DNA of 50,483 bases from Actinomycetota bacterium. Its GTDB lineage: Bacteria; Actinomycetota; UBA4738; HRBIN12. Shown piece after piece: positions 34,226 through 42,557 of this stretch. The notes beneath the pieces are model-generated. The model made no database searches, had not been told where the DNA came from, and saw nothing but the letters and a program-made list of their open reading frames with translations. The translations under genes were made by a program, and so were the position numbers. The stretch is taken from contig JBDUEF010000002.1 in the NCBI GenBank assembly GCA_040002535.1, positions 1 through 50,483 on the forward strand, given 5' to 3'. The stretch's first letter is position 1. Each line of letters opens with the position of its first letter.

Positions 34226-34924
34226 TCAGGCCGGCCTGCTGGCGGCCGGGCGCGCAGGCGGGCGCGAGGCCCGGACGAAGCCCCAGAACATGACCGCGAT
34301 CCCCACCAGCAAGGAGACGGAGAACACCGGGAGGTTGCCCGTGGCTGCGAAGGCCGAACCCACGCCCGCGATGACCGTGGCGCCGATCGCGATCCACAGC
34401 GTGCCCAGGAACCGGTCGCGGAGCTCGGGCCTCCCCCGCATCCGCCAGGCCGACCAACAGGCCCCGCCGACCAGGATGAGATAGGAGGGGATCGAGACGA
34501 GCTGCGGTAGCCGGTGCGCGGGCGTGCCGGCGCCGAAGACCTCCTTGCCGGAGGGCAGATCCTGGGCCAGGGGCGAGGGGTCGAGGACGGCGACCCGGGT
34601 CGTGGCCACGGCGTAGGCGCTGACGAACACCAGCGCCAGACCCAGCACGACCGACAGCGCGCGGTTCCGACCCAGCAGGTCGATCTCGCCCGCGGCCAGG
34701 AACGGCACGTTCAACACCGCACCCAGGACCCAGAACACCTGGTACTCCAGGGTCGACCACCCGCCGACCACGCCGAACACCACCGCCAGCGACGCCGCCC
34801 CGTACATCAGCATCGCGATCGCCCAGAGCAGTTGATACGGGCGGCGCCTGGTGGCGAACTGCTGCCCGAGCCGACCGGCGAACACGAGCGCCACGGCGCA
34901 GGCGGCGAGCGGGAACACCCACAT
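34226..34924 (-). CDS. polytopic membrane protein, unknown function
   Basis: 232 aa from MWVFPLAACAV. The ATG at 34978 would overlap the divergent gene. About 6-7 TM segments. Its position next to the TIM-barrel gene resembles the mycobacterial Rv0497/Rv0498 arrangement as I recall it. Confidence 0.68.
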   Translation of the reverse strand: MWVFPLAACAVALVFAGRLGQQFATRRRPYQLLWAIAMLMYGAASLAVVFGVVGGWSTLEYQVFWVLGAVLNVPFLAAGEIDLLGRNRALSVVLGLALVFVSAYAVATTRVAVLDPSPLAQDLPSGKEVFGAGTPAHRLPQLVSIPSYLILVGGACWSAWRMRGRPELRDRFLGTLWIAIGATVIAGVGSAFAATGNLPVFSVSLLVGIAVMFWGFVRASRPPARPAASRPA

Positions 34925-34959
34925 GTCGACAGCATAGAGGGCGTGGTTAGCTTGGCACG

Positions 34960-35760
34960 ATGCCGATGGCCGCTCCACGCCGAGTGTTGCTCTCCTCCGC
35001 CGCCCTCTTCGGCCGGCCCCTCGCGCAGACCATGAGCCTCGCCGCCGACGCCGGGTACGGGGGCATCGAGGTCATGGTGACCAGGGACCCCGGCAGTCAG
35101 GATCCCCGCCGGATCCGCCAGCTCGCCTCGGCCTACGGGCTCGAGGTGGGCGCCCTCCACGCCCCCTGTCTGCTGCTGACGCGGCGCGTCTGGGGCACCG
35201 ACCCCGTGGGTAAGATCCACCGAGCCATGGAGGTGGCGGAGGCTGCGGGTGCACCGCTGGTCGTGATGCACCCGCCGTACCGATGGCAGCGCGCCTACCG
35301 GAGCTGGCTGGAGGAGCGACTGGCCGGGCTCGAGCAGCGCACCGGCGTCCTGGTGGCCTTCGAGAACATGTTCCCCGTCCACGTGGGCCGGCGCCCGGTC
35401 GCGTTCCACACGAACCAGGATCTGGACGACCTCGATCGCTTCGACGACCTGACGCTGGACACCAGCCACGCGGCGGTGGCGGGCCACGACCTGCTCGAGG
35501 TGCGGCGCCGGTTCGGCCCGAGGCTCCGCCACGTGCACCTGTCCGACAACGCGGGCAAGGGGTGGGACTCCCATCTGCCACCGGGCGAGGGCGTGCTGGA
35601 GCTCGACGATCTCCTGAACGACCTGACGAGCGCCGGCTACGAGGGCGCGGTGACCCTGGAGGTGGACCTCCGGCGCCATGCGGGCGACGCGGGGCGACTG
35701 CGCGAGGTGATGGTGGCCATGCGCGAGCGGACCGAGTCGCTGCTGGCCCCTCGCGGGTGA
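34960..35760 (+). CDS. sugar phosphate isomerase/epimerase (xylose isomerase-like TIM barrel)
   Basis: 266 aa. Pattern GYGGIEV...LHAP...VVMHPP...FENM...HVHLSDN...LEV, typical of the AP endonuclease 2 / xylose isomerase-like TIM barrel family. Confidence 0.82.
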   Translation: MPMAAPRRVLLSSAALFGRPLAQTMSLAADAGYGGIEVMVTRDPGSQDPRRIRQLASAYGLEVGALHAPCLLLTRRVWGTDPVGKIHRAMEVAEAAGAPLVVMHPPYRWQRAYRSWLEERLAGLEQRTGVLVAFENMFPVHVGRRPVAFHTNQDLDDLDRFDDLTLDTSHAAVAGHDLLEVRRRFGPRLRHVHLSDNAGKGWDSHLPPGEGVLELDDLLNDLTSAGYEGAVTLEVDLRRHAGDAGRLREVMVAMRERTESLLAPRG

Positions 35761-35785
35761 GAGACGCTGCTGTTAGCCTCGGGGC

Positions 35786-35944
35786 GTGCGCCGGCCGACC
35801 CTCATCACGCTGGTCGTGTTGCTCGCCTTCCTGCTAGGCGCGGCGATCTACCAGGTCTCGCTGGCCTCGCGCGACCAGCGACCGCTACCGGGACCGACCA
35901 GCCCCGGGCAGCTGCCAAGCCTCCCAGCCGCGTCGTCGTCCTAG
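35786..35944 (+). CDS. possible 52-aa single-TM protein (not in the ORF track)
   Basis: GTG start. Sequence VRRPTLITLVVLLAFLLGAAIYQVSLASRDQRPLPGPTSPGQLPSLPAASSS. Third codon positions are mostly G/C. No clear ribosome-binding site. Speculative. Confidence 0.3.
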   Translation: MRRPTLITLVVLLAFLLGAAIYQVSLASRDQRPLPGPTSPGQLPSLPAASSS

Positions 35945-35960
35945 ACGCCGCCGGGGACGA

Positions 35961-36749
35961 TCAGCTCCCCTCCACCATCACCGTCGCACCCGGTCGCAGA
36001 CCCAGTACGGCGGCAGCGCTCCCCTGATTCACCACCACGGCCAGGAACCCCTGCGAATCGATGATGGTGGCCATCGCCTGCTCGAGAACGTCGGAAAAGA
36101 CGCCCACGAGCGGCGCGGGGCGCCCGGCGATCACCAGGCCTTCCCCCAGACCGGCGTGGTCGAGCTCGGCCGGACCGAGGTTCAACTGCACGTTGCCGAA
36201 TCCGTCCACACCCATCACCCGCGCGCCGATCTTGCCGGGCGCCACCATGGGGCCCGGCAGCTCCAACGTCGCCAACACCTCGACCTCGAGCGGCGGCCCC
36301 AGCTCCTCCAGGACGACGCCGTTCGCCAGGTGCGCACCCGCGGGCGCGAACACGTCGCGACCGTGGAACGTTCTCGACACCGGCCGCAGCATCACCGTCG
36401 GGGACACGATCGACACCGCGCGGGCGGCGCCACCCAGAGCCGACCACGCCATGGACAGGAGCCCGTTGTCGGGGCCCACCAGGAACGCGCCGCTCCCCGA
36501 CTCCACCGCGATCTCCGCCCGCTCGCCCCCCACGCCGGGATCCACGACGCCCACGTAGACGGCGTCGGCCGGCATGTACGCGGCGGCGCGCCCCAGCACC
36601 AGTGCACCCTGCAGCACGTCCTGGCGGGCGATCGCATGGGTGAGATCGATCACCGGCACGCCGGGGGCGATCCGCTGCATCACGCCGTGGCAGACACCCA
36701 CGAACTCGTCGCCGAGCCCGTAGTCGGTGCAGAAGATGATCGGCCGCAT
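35961..36749 (-). CDS. SAM hydrolase / SAM-dependent halogenase family protein (DUF62)
   Basis: 262 aa from MRPIIFCTDYG. Motifs TDYG, VDPGVG, GPDNG, TFHGRDVFAP. ATGA overlap with the upstream hydrolase stop. Confidence 0.88.
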   Translation of the reverse strand: MRPIIFCTDYGLGDEFVGVCHGVMQRIAPGVPVIDLTHAIARQDVLQGALVLGRAAAYMPADAVYVGVVDPGVGGERAEIAVESGSGAFLVGPDNGLLSMAWSALGGAARAVSIVSPTVMLRPVSRTFHGRDVFAPAGAHLANGVVLEELGPPLEVEVLATLELPGPMVAPGKIGARVMGVDGFGNVQLNLGPAELDHAGLGEGLVIAGRPAPLVGVFSDVLEQAMATIIDSQGFLAVVVNQGSAAAVLGLRPGATVMVEGS

Positions 36750-37513
36750 CAGGCCGGAGCGTACTGTGCCAGCTCCGACAGGAGGAGGGTGCGCACGATC
36801 TCCGCCTGATTGCCGGTGAGCAGGTCGGTTCCGTGGTCGTCCGAGGTCACGATCTCCAGCCGTCGGGGCGCCTGCGCCTGCTCGGAGAAGGCCTGGGCGG
36901 CCGCGGCGGCGGCCCCGTCGCCGGTGCCGGCCACGAACAGCGTGGCGGCGCTGATCCGGGCCAGCACGTCGGGGCCCGCGACCAGTCCCTCGATGGACTG
37001 CGGGGCCGACAGCGTGATGACGGCGGCGATGCGATCCCCTTGATCGGCCGCGACCAGCAGCGCGGCGGTGCCGCCCATGCTGGCACCGACGACCGCAACC
37101 GTCTGGACACCCCGCGATCGGAGGTACGCGACGGCGGCGGCCAGGTCGACGGCGTCGGCGGAGACGTCCCGCTCCCCGTCCGAGCAGCCGGCGTCGCCGC
37201 CGGGGCAGTAGCCGCGGAAGTCGAACGTCAGCGCCAGGTATCCCTCGCCGGCGATCCGATCGGCGAACGCGAACCACGAGGACTGGTCTGCGGGGAGCAT
37301 GTGGGCGAAGACGACACCGGTCCGCGCCCGGGCGGGGTCGCCGAAGAGCCGTCCTGCCAACGCCACCCGGTCGGGTGAGCGGAACGTCACGGGAACGGAG
37401 CCGGCTGGAGCCTCGGTCGGCCCGGCCCGCGACGCACGCCCGCAGGCCGAGGCGAGCAGCGCGAGGCCGATGAGGAGCACCACGAGGCGGCGGGCGCGGG
37501 TCGGGGCGCGCAC
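36749..37513 (-). CDS. alpha/beta hydrolase lipoprotein
   Basis: 254 aa. Lipobox LLASAC, nucleophile elbow GASMGG, and D/H residues near the C-terminus (VTSDDHG). Confidence 0.78.
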   Translation of the reverse strand: MRAPTRARRLVVLLIGLALLASACGRASRAGPTEAPAGSVPVTFRSPDRVALAGRLFGDPARARTGVVFAHMLPADQSSWFAFADRIAGEGYLALTFDFRGYCPGGDAGCSDGERDVSADAVDLAAAVAYLRSRGVQTVAVVGASMGGTAALLVAADQGDRIAAVITLSAPQSIEGLVAGPDVLARISAATLFVAGTGDGAAAAAAQAFSEQAQAPRRLEIVTSDDHGTDLLTGNQAEIVRTLLLSELAQYAPA

Positions 37514-37530
37514 CGCTGCGGCCCGCGCTC

Positions 37531-37632
37531 CTACTTGCCCGACTTCAGACGCTGGTGACGCGTCCGCTTCAGGAGCTTCTTGTGCTTCTTCTTGCGCATC
37601 TTCTTTCGGCGCTTCTTGATCAACGACGGCAA
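37531..37632 (-). CDS. 30S ribosomal protein bS22 (AURKAIP1/COX24-domain, actinobacterial small basic peptide)
   Basis: 33 codons from TTG 37632: (M)PSLIKKRRKKMRKKKHKKLLKRTRHQRLKSGK. This is nearly collinear with mycobacterial bS22 as I recall it ([33 protein letters not shown]). It is embedded in the 3' end of the 69-aa track ORF. TTG 37623 is an alternative start. Confidence 0.8.
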   Translation of the reverse strand: MPSLIKKRRKKMRKKKHKKLLKRTRHQRLKSGK

Positions 37633-37645
37633 ACGCAGGGCCCTT

Positions 37646-38536
37646 TCATTCGGTCCCGAACAGGTTCCGGAGGTCGACGCGCCTGACGCGGTAACTCTCC
37701 TCCAGACGGACGGACCCCAGTCTAAGCGCCTTGGGGGCATCTGCCACGGGCGAGATCAGGCGCAGGACCCCCTCGGCGGCCGCGTGCTCCAGATACCCGA
37801 TCCCCGTGTACCACCCATCGCCGTCGGACAGGCCCACCAGGAGCCGGTCGAGTTGCGCCAGATCGAACAGGGGTGGCAGGGCCGGCATGAACACGGTGGG
37901 CTTGATCCGGAAGCGGTGGAGGGGCGCGGCCAGATAGTCCCGCATCGCGGCCTCCCGATGCGCGGCGCGCTGCTCGACGCCCGCCGAGACCACGTCGGGA
38001 TGCACGCCCAGCGGCACGACCTCGGTGGCGAAGAACCGCTGGATCACGCCGAGCAGGGGATCAAGCTCGCCCCCCCGCTGCAGACCCACCACCAGGTCCG
38101 GCTGCAGCATCTCCACCTTGTGATACTTCACCAGCTGTCCGTAGATGCCCGACACCAGGCCGCTGGTGTCCACCACCACGAACTCGGCGCCCTCCTCGCG
38201 TGCACGCGTGTGCAGCCGCGCCAGCGAGGTCACCAGGGGGAGCAGGTGGCCCTGCGGCGAGGTGGAGCCCACGAACCCCAGCGCGTCCGGTACCGCCATC
38301 CGCGCGGGCTCCAGGTCCTCGGCGGTGCGCACGTGCTTCAGACCCACGGTCCCCGGCGGTCCGACCGACGTCTGTCCCACGTCGGCGTCGAGGAACGCGG
38401 TGGATCGCCCGGCCGCCAGCGCCGCACGAAGCAGGCTGTGCGCGAGCGTGGACTTGCCTGAGTCGAGGCCACCCACCAGCAGCACCGTGCGATGATCTCG
38501 CACGGCGCGCTCCACGAGCAGGTCATGCTCGTTCAT
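37646..38536 (-). CDS. Clp1/Grc3-like P-loop protein (putative polynucleotide 5'-hydroxyl kinase)
   Basis: 296 aa. Walker A VLLVGGLDSGKST, then FLDADVGQTSVGPPG (the D-x-D-x-GQ element characteristic of Clp1/Nol9/Grc3 kinases) and Walker B FVVVDTSG. Confidence 0.75.
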   Translation of the reverse strand: MNEHDLLVERAVRDHRTVLLVGGLDSGKSTLAHSLLRAALAAGRSTAFLDADVGQTSVGPPGTVGLKHVRTAEDLEPARMAVPDALGFVGSTSPQGHLLPLVTSLARLHTRAREEGAEFVVVDTSGLVSGIYGQLVKYHKVEMLQPDLVVGLQRGGELDPLLGVIQRFFATEVVPLGVHPDVVSAGVEQRAAHREAAMRDYLAAPLHRFRIKPTVFMPALPPLFDLAQLDRLLVGLSDGDGWYTGIGYLEHAAAEGVLRLISPVADAPKALRLGSVRLEESYRVRRVDLRNLFGTE

Positions 38537-38589
38537 CCACGCCCCCTCCGTCCTGCACGGAGGCTCGGGCGCCGTGATACGCGCGAACG

Positions 38590-38787
38590 CTACCCCGCTT
38601 CGGTGTAGCGCTCTTTCAGGTAGCTGTGGACGTCCTCCTCGCGGAGGCGGAAGTTGCGGCCGACCCGGAGGGCGGCCATCTCGCCCTGTTTGATCAATCG
38701 ATAGACGGTCATCCTGGATACGCGCAGAAGGTCAGCGACCTCGTTCACGGTCAGCAGTCGAGCCTCGGTGAAGGGTTCTCTCCTCAA
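38590..38787 (-). CDS. excisionase-family helix-turn-helix DNA-binding protein (MerR superfamily, small)
   Basis: 65 aa with a TTG start. Sequence LTVNEVADLLRVSRMTVYRLIKQGEMAALRVGRNFRLREEDVHSYL. A TACAAT -10 candidate at 38802-38797 lies only 9 nt upstream of the start. Confidence 0.85.
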   Translation of the reverse strand: MRREPFTEARLLTVNEVADLLRVSRMTVYRLIKQGEMAALRVGRNFRLREEDVHSYLKERYTEAG

Positions 38788-38868
38788 TGTGCGGCGATTG
38801 TACGGGAGGAGCCCGCCCGGGCGATAGCCCCCTTCCCCTTCGGTCCGTACGGCCGGGGTTCGCTCGTC

Positions 38869-39711
38869 TCAGCGAGCCGGGAAACGGGAGGCCGCCGCCT
38901 GGAAGCAGGGCCAATAATCGCCGGCGTTCACGTTGTCGTCCATCACGACGACCACCCGCGTTCTGCCCTGGGCCTTGGCTACGATCAACGCCGGGTCGTT
39001 CACGTCGGCGACGCTCACGGTCTCGACGCCCGCCTCGATGGCCGCACCCGCGAACCCGTGATCGGCCAGCACCAGGTCGGGACGCTCGTCCTGGAGCATG
39101 CGGCGCATCGCGTCGCCGGCGTGCGTGTGCTTGGGCGCTGCGTCGTCGGTCACCAGCCCGACGTCGCCCAGGTACCGGATCCGCCACGGCGGGCGCCCCG
39201 GCTCCTGGACGGTGGCGCCCTCCGCCGGGTGCAGCAGCTCCGCACCCCGATGATGGAGCAGGCGGGCGAGCTCGCGGTACAGCACGTCGAGCCCGTTGGG
39301 ATGACCGGTGGCCACCAGCACCCGCTCGCCGCCGGCGGCGGCCGCCGCCAGCCGGTCCCCGAGCGCCTGGCAGGCGGCCAGGATCGGCTCGGCGGCGATG
39401 TGCACCTGGCCGGCGCGGGCGTGCCGGTCGATCGGCAGACCGGCCTCGGCCTCCACCAGGTCGAGGATCTCGTCGAACCCGAACCGGCCGGGCATGCCGG
39501 TCATGCCGAACAGCTTGTCGGGGTCCTGCTCGATCAGCAGCTCGATGTTGCCCCGCACGTTGTCCAGAGGATGGGCCGCCACGCCCGCGGCCTTGCCGGC
39601 GCGCAGGCCGGCGAGCAGATCCCCGGAGGCATGGGGCCCGACGGTCCAACGGCCGTCGACGGGGGGCAGACGGCGGGCGTGGGCTTCGATAACGTCCATC
39701 CGATGGGTCAT
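38869..39711 (-). CDS. conserved hypothetical protein (function unknown)
   Basis: 280 aa with good G/C-rich third-position periodicity. I can name no motif. ATG 39699 is an alternative start. By position it may correspond to the mycobacterial Rv0499-type gene. Confidence 0.65.
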   Translation of the reverse strand: MTHRMDVIEAHARRLPPVDGRWTVGPHASGDLLAGLRAGKAAGVAAHPLDNVRGNIELLIEQDPDKLFGMTGMPGRFGFDEILDLVEAEAGLPIDRHARAGQVHIAAEPILAACQALGDRLAAAAAGGERVLVATGHPNGLDVLYRELARLLHHRGAELLHPAEGATVQEPGRPPWRIRYLGDVGLVTDDAAPKHTHAGDAMRRMLQDERPDLVLADHGFAGAAIEAGVETVSVADVNDPALIVAKAQGRTRVVVVMDDNVNAGDYWPCFQAAASRFPAR

Positions 39712-39725
39712 CGTACCGAGGTCCC

Positions 39726-40529
39726 GTGGAACTGAGAGGTGCCACCGCCGTCATCACCGGTGCGTCCTCCGGCATCGGCGAGGCCACCGCCCTCGCGTTC
39801 GCGCGGCGGGGCGCGCGGGTGGTGCTGGCCGCCCGGCGCCTGGACCGGCTCGAGGAGCTCGCGGCGCGGATCCAGAGCCACGGGGGCACCGCGCTCGCCG
39901 TCCGGTGCGACGTGGGCGAACCGGAGCAGGTCGCGGCGCTGCCGGTGGTCGTGCGCGAGGCCTTCGGCGGCTGCGACGTCCTGGTCAACAACGCGGGCAT
40001 CCCCGGTGGAGGGGCGTTCGCCGAGCTGTCCCTCGAACAGATCGAGGAGGTCGTGCGGGTGAACCTGCTGGGCGTGCTGTACGGCACCCGAACCTTCTGG
40101 CCGGCGATGACGGCGCAGGGCCGCGGCCACGTGGTGAACGTGGCCTCGCTGGCGGGACGCTTCGCCACACCGGGCGCATCGGTGTACTCGGCCACCAAGC
40201 ATGCGGTGGTCGCCTTCGGCGAGTCGCTGCAGCTCACGGCGGGGCCGGTGCTGGTGACGACCATCCTTCCGGGATTCATCCCCACCGAGGGGTTCTCGGG
40301 AGCCGGGCCGAGCATCCTTCGGGTGACGGCCGAGCAGGTGGCGCAGGCCATCGTGGGCGCGGTGATCGCCGACACATCTGGGGAGATCTTCGTGCCCGGC
40401 TGGATCCGCCCGCTGGAGCTGTTCCGGGTCGTGACGCCGGGCCTCTTCCATCGGGCGGTGGCCGCCGGCGCCCGCGCCGGCTCGTGGCGGCCGAGCGGCG
40501 GCGGCGGAAAGCACGACGCGCACCCCTAG
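39726..40529 (+). CDS. short-chain dehydrogenase/reductase (SDR) family oxidoreductase
   Basis: 267 aa with a GTG start. Motifs TGASSGIGEA, NNAG and the catalytic YSATKHAV. Confidence 0.92.
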   Translation: MELRGATAVITGASSGIGEATALAFARRGARVVLAARRLDRLEELAARIQSHGGTALAVRCDVGEPEQVAALPVVVREAFGGCDVLVNNAGIPGGGAFAELSLEQIEEVVRVNLLGVLYGTRTFWPAMTAQGRGHVVNVASLAGRFATPGASVYSATKHAVVAFGESLQLTAGPVLVTTILPGFIPTEGFSGAGPSILRVTAEQVAQAIVGAVIADTSGEIFVPGWIRPLELFRVVTPGLFHRAVAAGARAGSWRPSGGGGKHDAHP

Positions 40530-41293
40530 CTCAGGCGGGCACAGATCGCGCGGGGGTCGCCGTCCTCGTCGGTCATGACGTCGGTTGCCTCGAAGCCGAG
40601 CTCACGGAGCAGCCGTCCGATCGGCTCGGCCTGGTCACCGCCCAGCTCCAGCAGGAGCCGGCCGCCGGGACGCAGCCAGCGCGGACTCCTGCGCACGACC
40701 TCCTCCAAGACGTCGGTGCCCTCGACGCCGCCGTCGAGCGCCAGCGGTGGCTCGAACGCCTGGACGTCGCGCGGCAGCAGGCGAAGCGAGCCCGCCGGCA
40801 CGTACGGCCCGACGGCCGTCACCACGTCGACGCGGTGCTCGATCGCCGGCGGCAGCGGCTCGTCCAGGGATCCCTCGAACACCTCCACGCCGTTGCGCCG
40901 GGCACATCGCGCGGCGCGCTCGTCGAGCTCGGTCGCGAGGACCTGTGCCGTCGGCACGGCCGCGGTCATCACGGCCGCGATGGCACCGATCCCCGTACAG
41001 AGATCCACGGCCACGCCGGCCGGCGGCAGGAGCGCCGCCGCCCGCCGCGCCAGCGGCTCGGTGTGCGGGCGTGGCACGTAGACGCCCGGTGCGACGAACA
41101 GCCCGACGTCACAGAACGTGACCGATCCCGTCAGCCAGGCGATCGGCTCGCCCCGGGTACGGCGGGACACCAGGTCGTCGAGCACGTCCGGGTCGCCGGC
41201 GGCCGCCCGCATGAGCTCATCGGCCTCCTCGCCGGGCGCGATGCAGCCGGCCTCGGCCAGTCTCTGCCTCACCCCAACACGATCCAGCGGCAT
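40526..41293 (-). CDS. PrmC/HemK-related class I SAM methyltransferase (putative protein N5-glutamine methyltransferase-like)
   Basis: 255 aa from MPLDRVGV (ATG 41338 is an alternative start). EPIAWLTG..FCD, SAM motif VDLCTGIGAIA, and GPYVP where PrmC has NPPY. Confidence 0.75.
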   Translation of the reverse strand: MPLDRVGVRQRLAEAGCIAPGEEADELMRAAAGDPDVLDDLVSRRTRGEPIAWLTGSVTFCDVGLFVAPGVYVPRPHTEPLARRAAALLPPAGVAVDLCTGIGAIAAVMTAAVPTAQVLATELDERAARCARRNGVEVFEGSLDEPLPPAIEHRVDVVTAVGPYVPAGSLRLLPRDVQAFEPPLALDGGVEGTDVLEEVVRRSPRWLRPGGRLLLELGGDQAEPIGRLLRELGFEATDVMTDEDGDPRAICARLS

Positions 41294-41363
41294 GGTCTCA
41301 GTGTGCCCGCGACCGGGGTTCGATGACACGGGCGGCACCTGGGCTCTGGGTAGTCGATCACGG

Positions 41364-42158
41364 ATGGCGGTGCTCGGCTACGCTCGCGCGGTGCTGCCCG
41401 ACGACGCCCCCATCCTGGAGTTCGATCCCTCGCCGACGGCGGTGATCGAGCCGCGACACCTGCGCCCACCCGTGGACGATGCGCCGGAGCACGCCGTCCT
41501 CTGCCTGTTCGGCGAGGTGATCGAGCGGCTGGCGGGCGAGGGGGCACCGGTGCTGTGGGAGCTACGGGCCGCTCACGGGGTCCATCCCGTGTACGGCGTC
41601 GACGTGGACGGTCATCGGATCGCGGTCCTGCATCCCGGGGTGGGCGCGCCGCTCGCCGGCGCGTTCCTCGAGGAGATGATCGGGTCGGGCTGCCGGAAGT
41701 TCGTCGGGATCGGCATGGCCGGAGGGCTCCTCCCGGCCGTCACCATCGGACACGTCACGGTGCCGACCTCGGCGGTCCGCGACGACGGCACCAGCTACCA
41801 CTACCTGCCGGCGAGCCGCGAGGTCCAGCCCTCGATCGACGCGGTGGGCGCGATCCAGGCGACCCTGGCTCGACACGACGTTCCGTTCGTGGCGGGGAAG
41901 ACCTGGACCACCGATGCGCCCTACCGCGAGACCCGCCTCAAGGTGGATCGCCGCGTGGCGGAGGGTTGCATCTCCGTGGAGATGGAGGCGGCGGCGCTGT
42001 TCGCGATCGCCCGATTCCGCGACGTGCCGCTCGCCATGATGTTCATGACCTCTGACAACCTCTCCGGAGACGAGTGGGACGGCAGCGGGTTCGCCGCGCA
42101 TCTGGAGACGCGCGAGCTGCTGTTGCAACTGGCGTGCGAGGCCGTGCTCGCGCTCTGA
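41364..42158 (+). CDS. nucleoside phosphorylase (PNP/UDP phosphorylase family 1)
   Basis: 264 aa from MAVLGYARAV. Motifs GIGMAGG, TTDAPYRET and SVEMEAAALF. Confidence 0.8.
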   Translation: MAVLGYARAVLPDDAPILEFDPSPTAVIEPRHLRPPVDDAPEHAVLCLFGEVIERLAGEGAPVLWELRAAHGVHPVYGVDVDGHRIAVLHPGVGAPLAGAFLEEMIGSGCRKFVGIGMAGGLLPAVTIGHVTVPTSAVRDDGTSYHYLPASREVQPSIDAVGAIQATLARHDVPFVAGKTWTTDAPYRETRLKVDRRVAEGCISVEMEAAALFAIARFRDVPLAMMFMTSDNLSGDEWDGSGFAAHLETRELLLQLACEAVLAL

Positions 42159-42243
42159 GGCATGCGGGTGCGGAAGATCGCCGTTGGGGGCTGTACCGTT
42201 GGACCGTTCGCCAGGATCCGGGAGGCCGGGATGGGAGTGACGC

Positions 42244-42555
42244 GTGGGCGCCGCTGAGCCGACCGTGCGGACCGCGCCGGTCGAGGTCGATCGTCCCGCG
42301 GACGAGGCCGTCGTCACGCCGGCCGTGCCGTGGATCGTGATCGTGTGGAACGATCCTGTGAACCTGATGACCTACGTGACCTGGGTGTTTCAGCGCCTCT
42401 TCGGGTACTCGCTCCAGCGTGCGACCGAGCTGATGCTGGACGTCCATCACAAGGGCAAGGCCGTGGTGGCGAGCGGGGCGCGCGAGCAGTGCGAGTCCCA
42501 CGTGGCGCGCCTGCACGCGTTCGGACTCTGGGCGACCATGCAGCAGGACCGCTGA
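42244..42555 (+). CDS. clpS: ATP-dependent Clp protease adaptor ClpS
   Basis: 103 aa with a GTG start. Sequence [46 protein letters not shown]. Confidence 0.93.
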   Translation: MGAAEPTVRTAPVEVDRPADEAVVTPAVPWIVIVWNDPVNLMTYVTWVFQRLFGYSLQRATELMLDVHHKGKAVVASGAREQCESHVARLHAFGLWATMQQDR

Positions 42556-42557
42556 CC

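Noticed and set aside
42159-42243. Three CCGTT(G/C)G repeats upstream of clpS as a possible regulatory element
   Set aside because: The motif is short, degenerate and irregularly spaced. I know of no regulator it matches, and chance occurrence is plausible.
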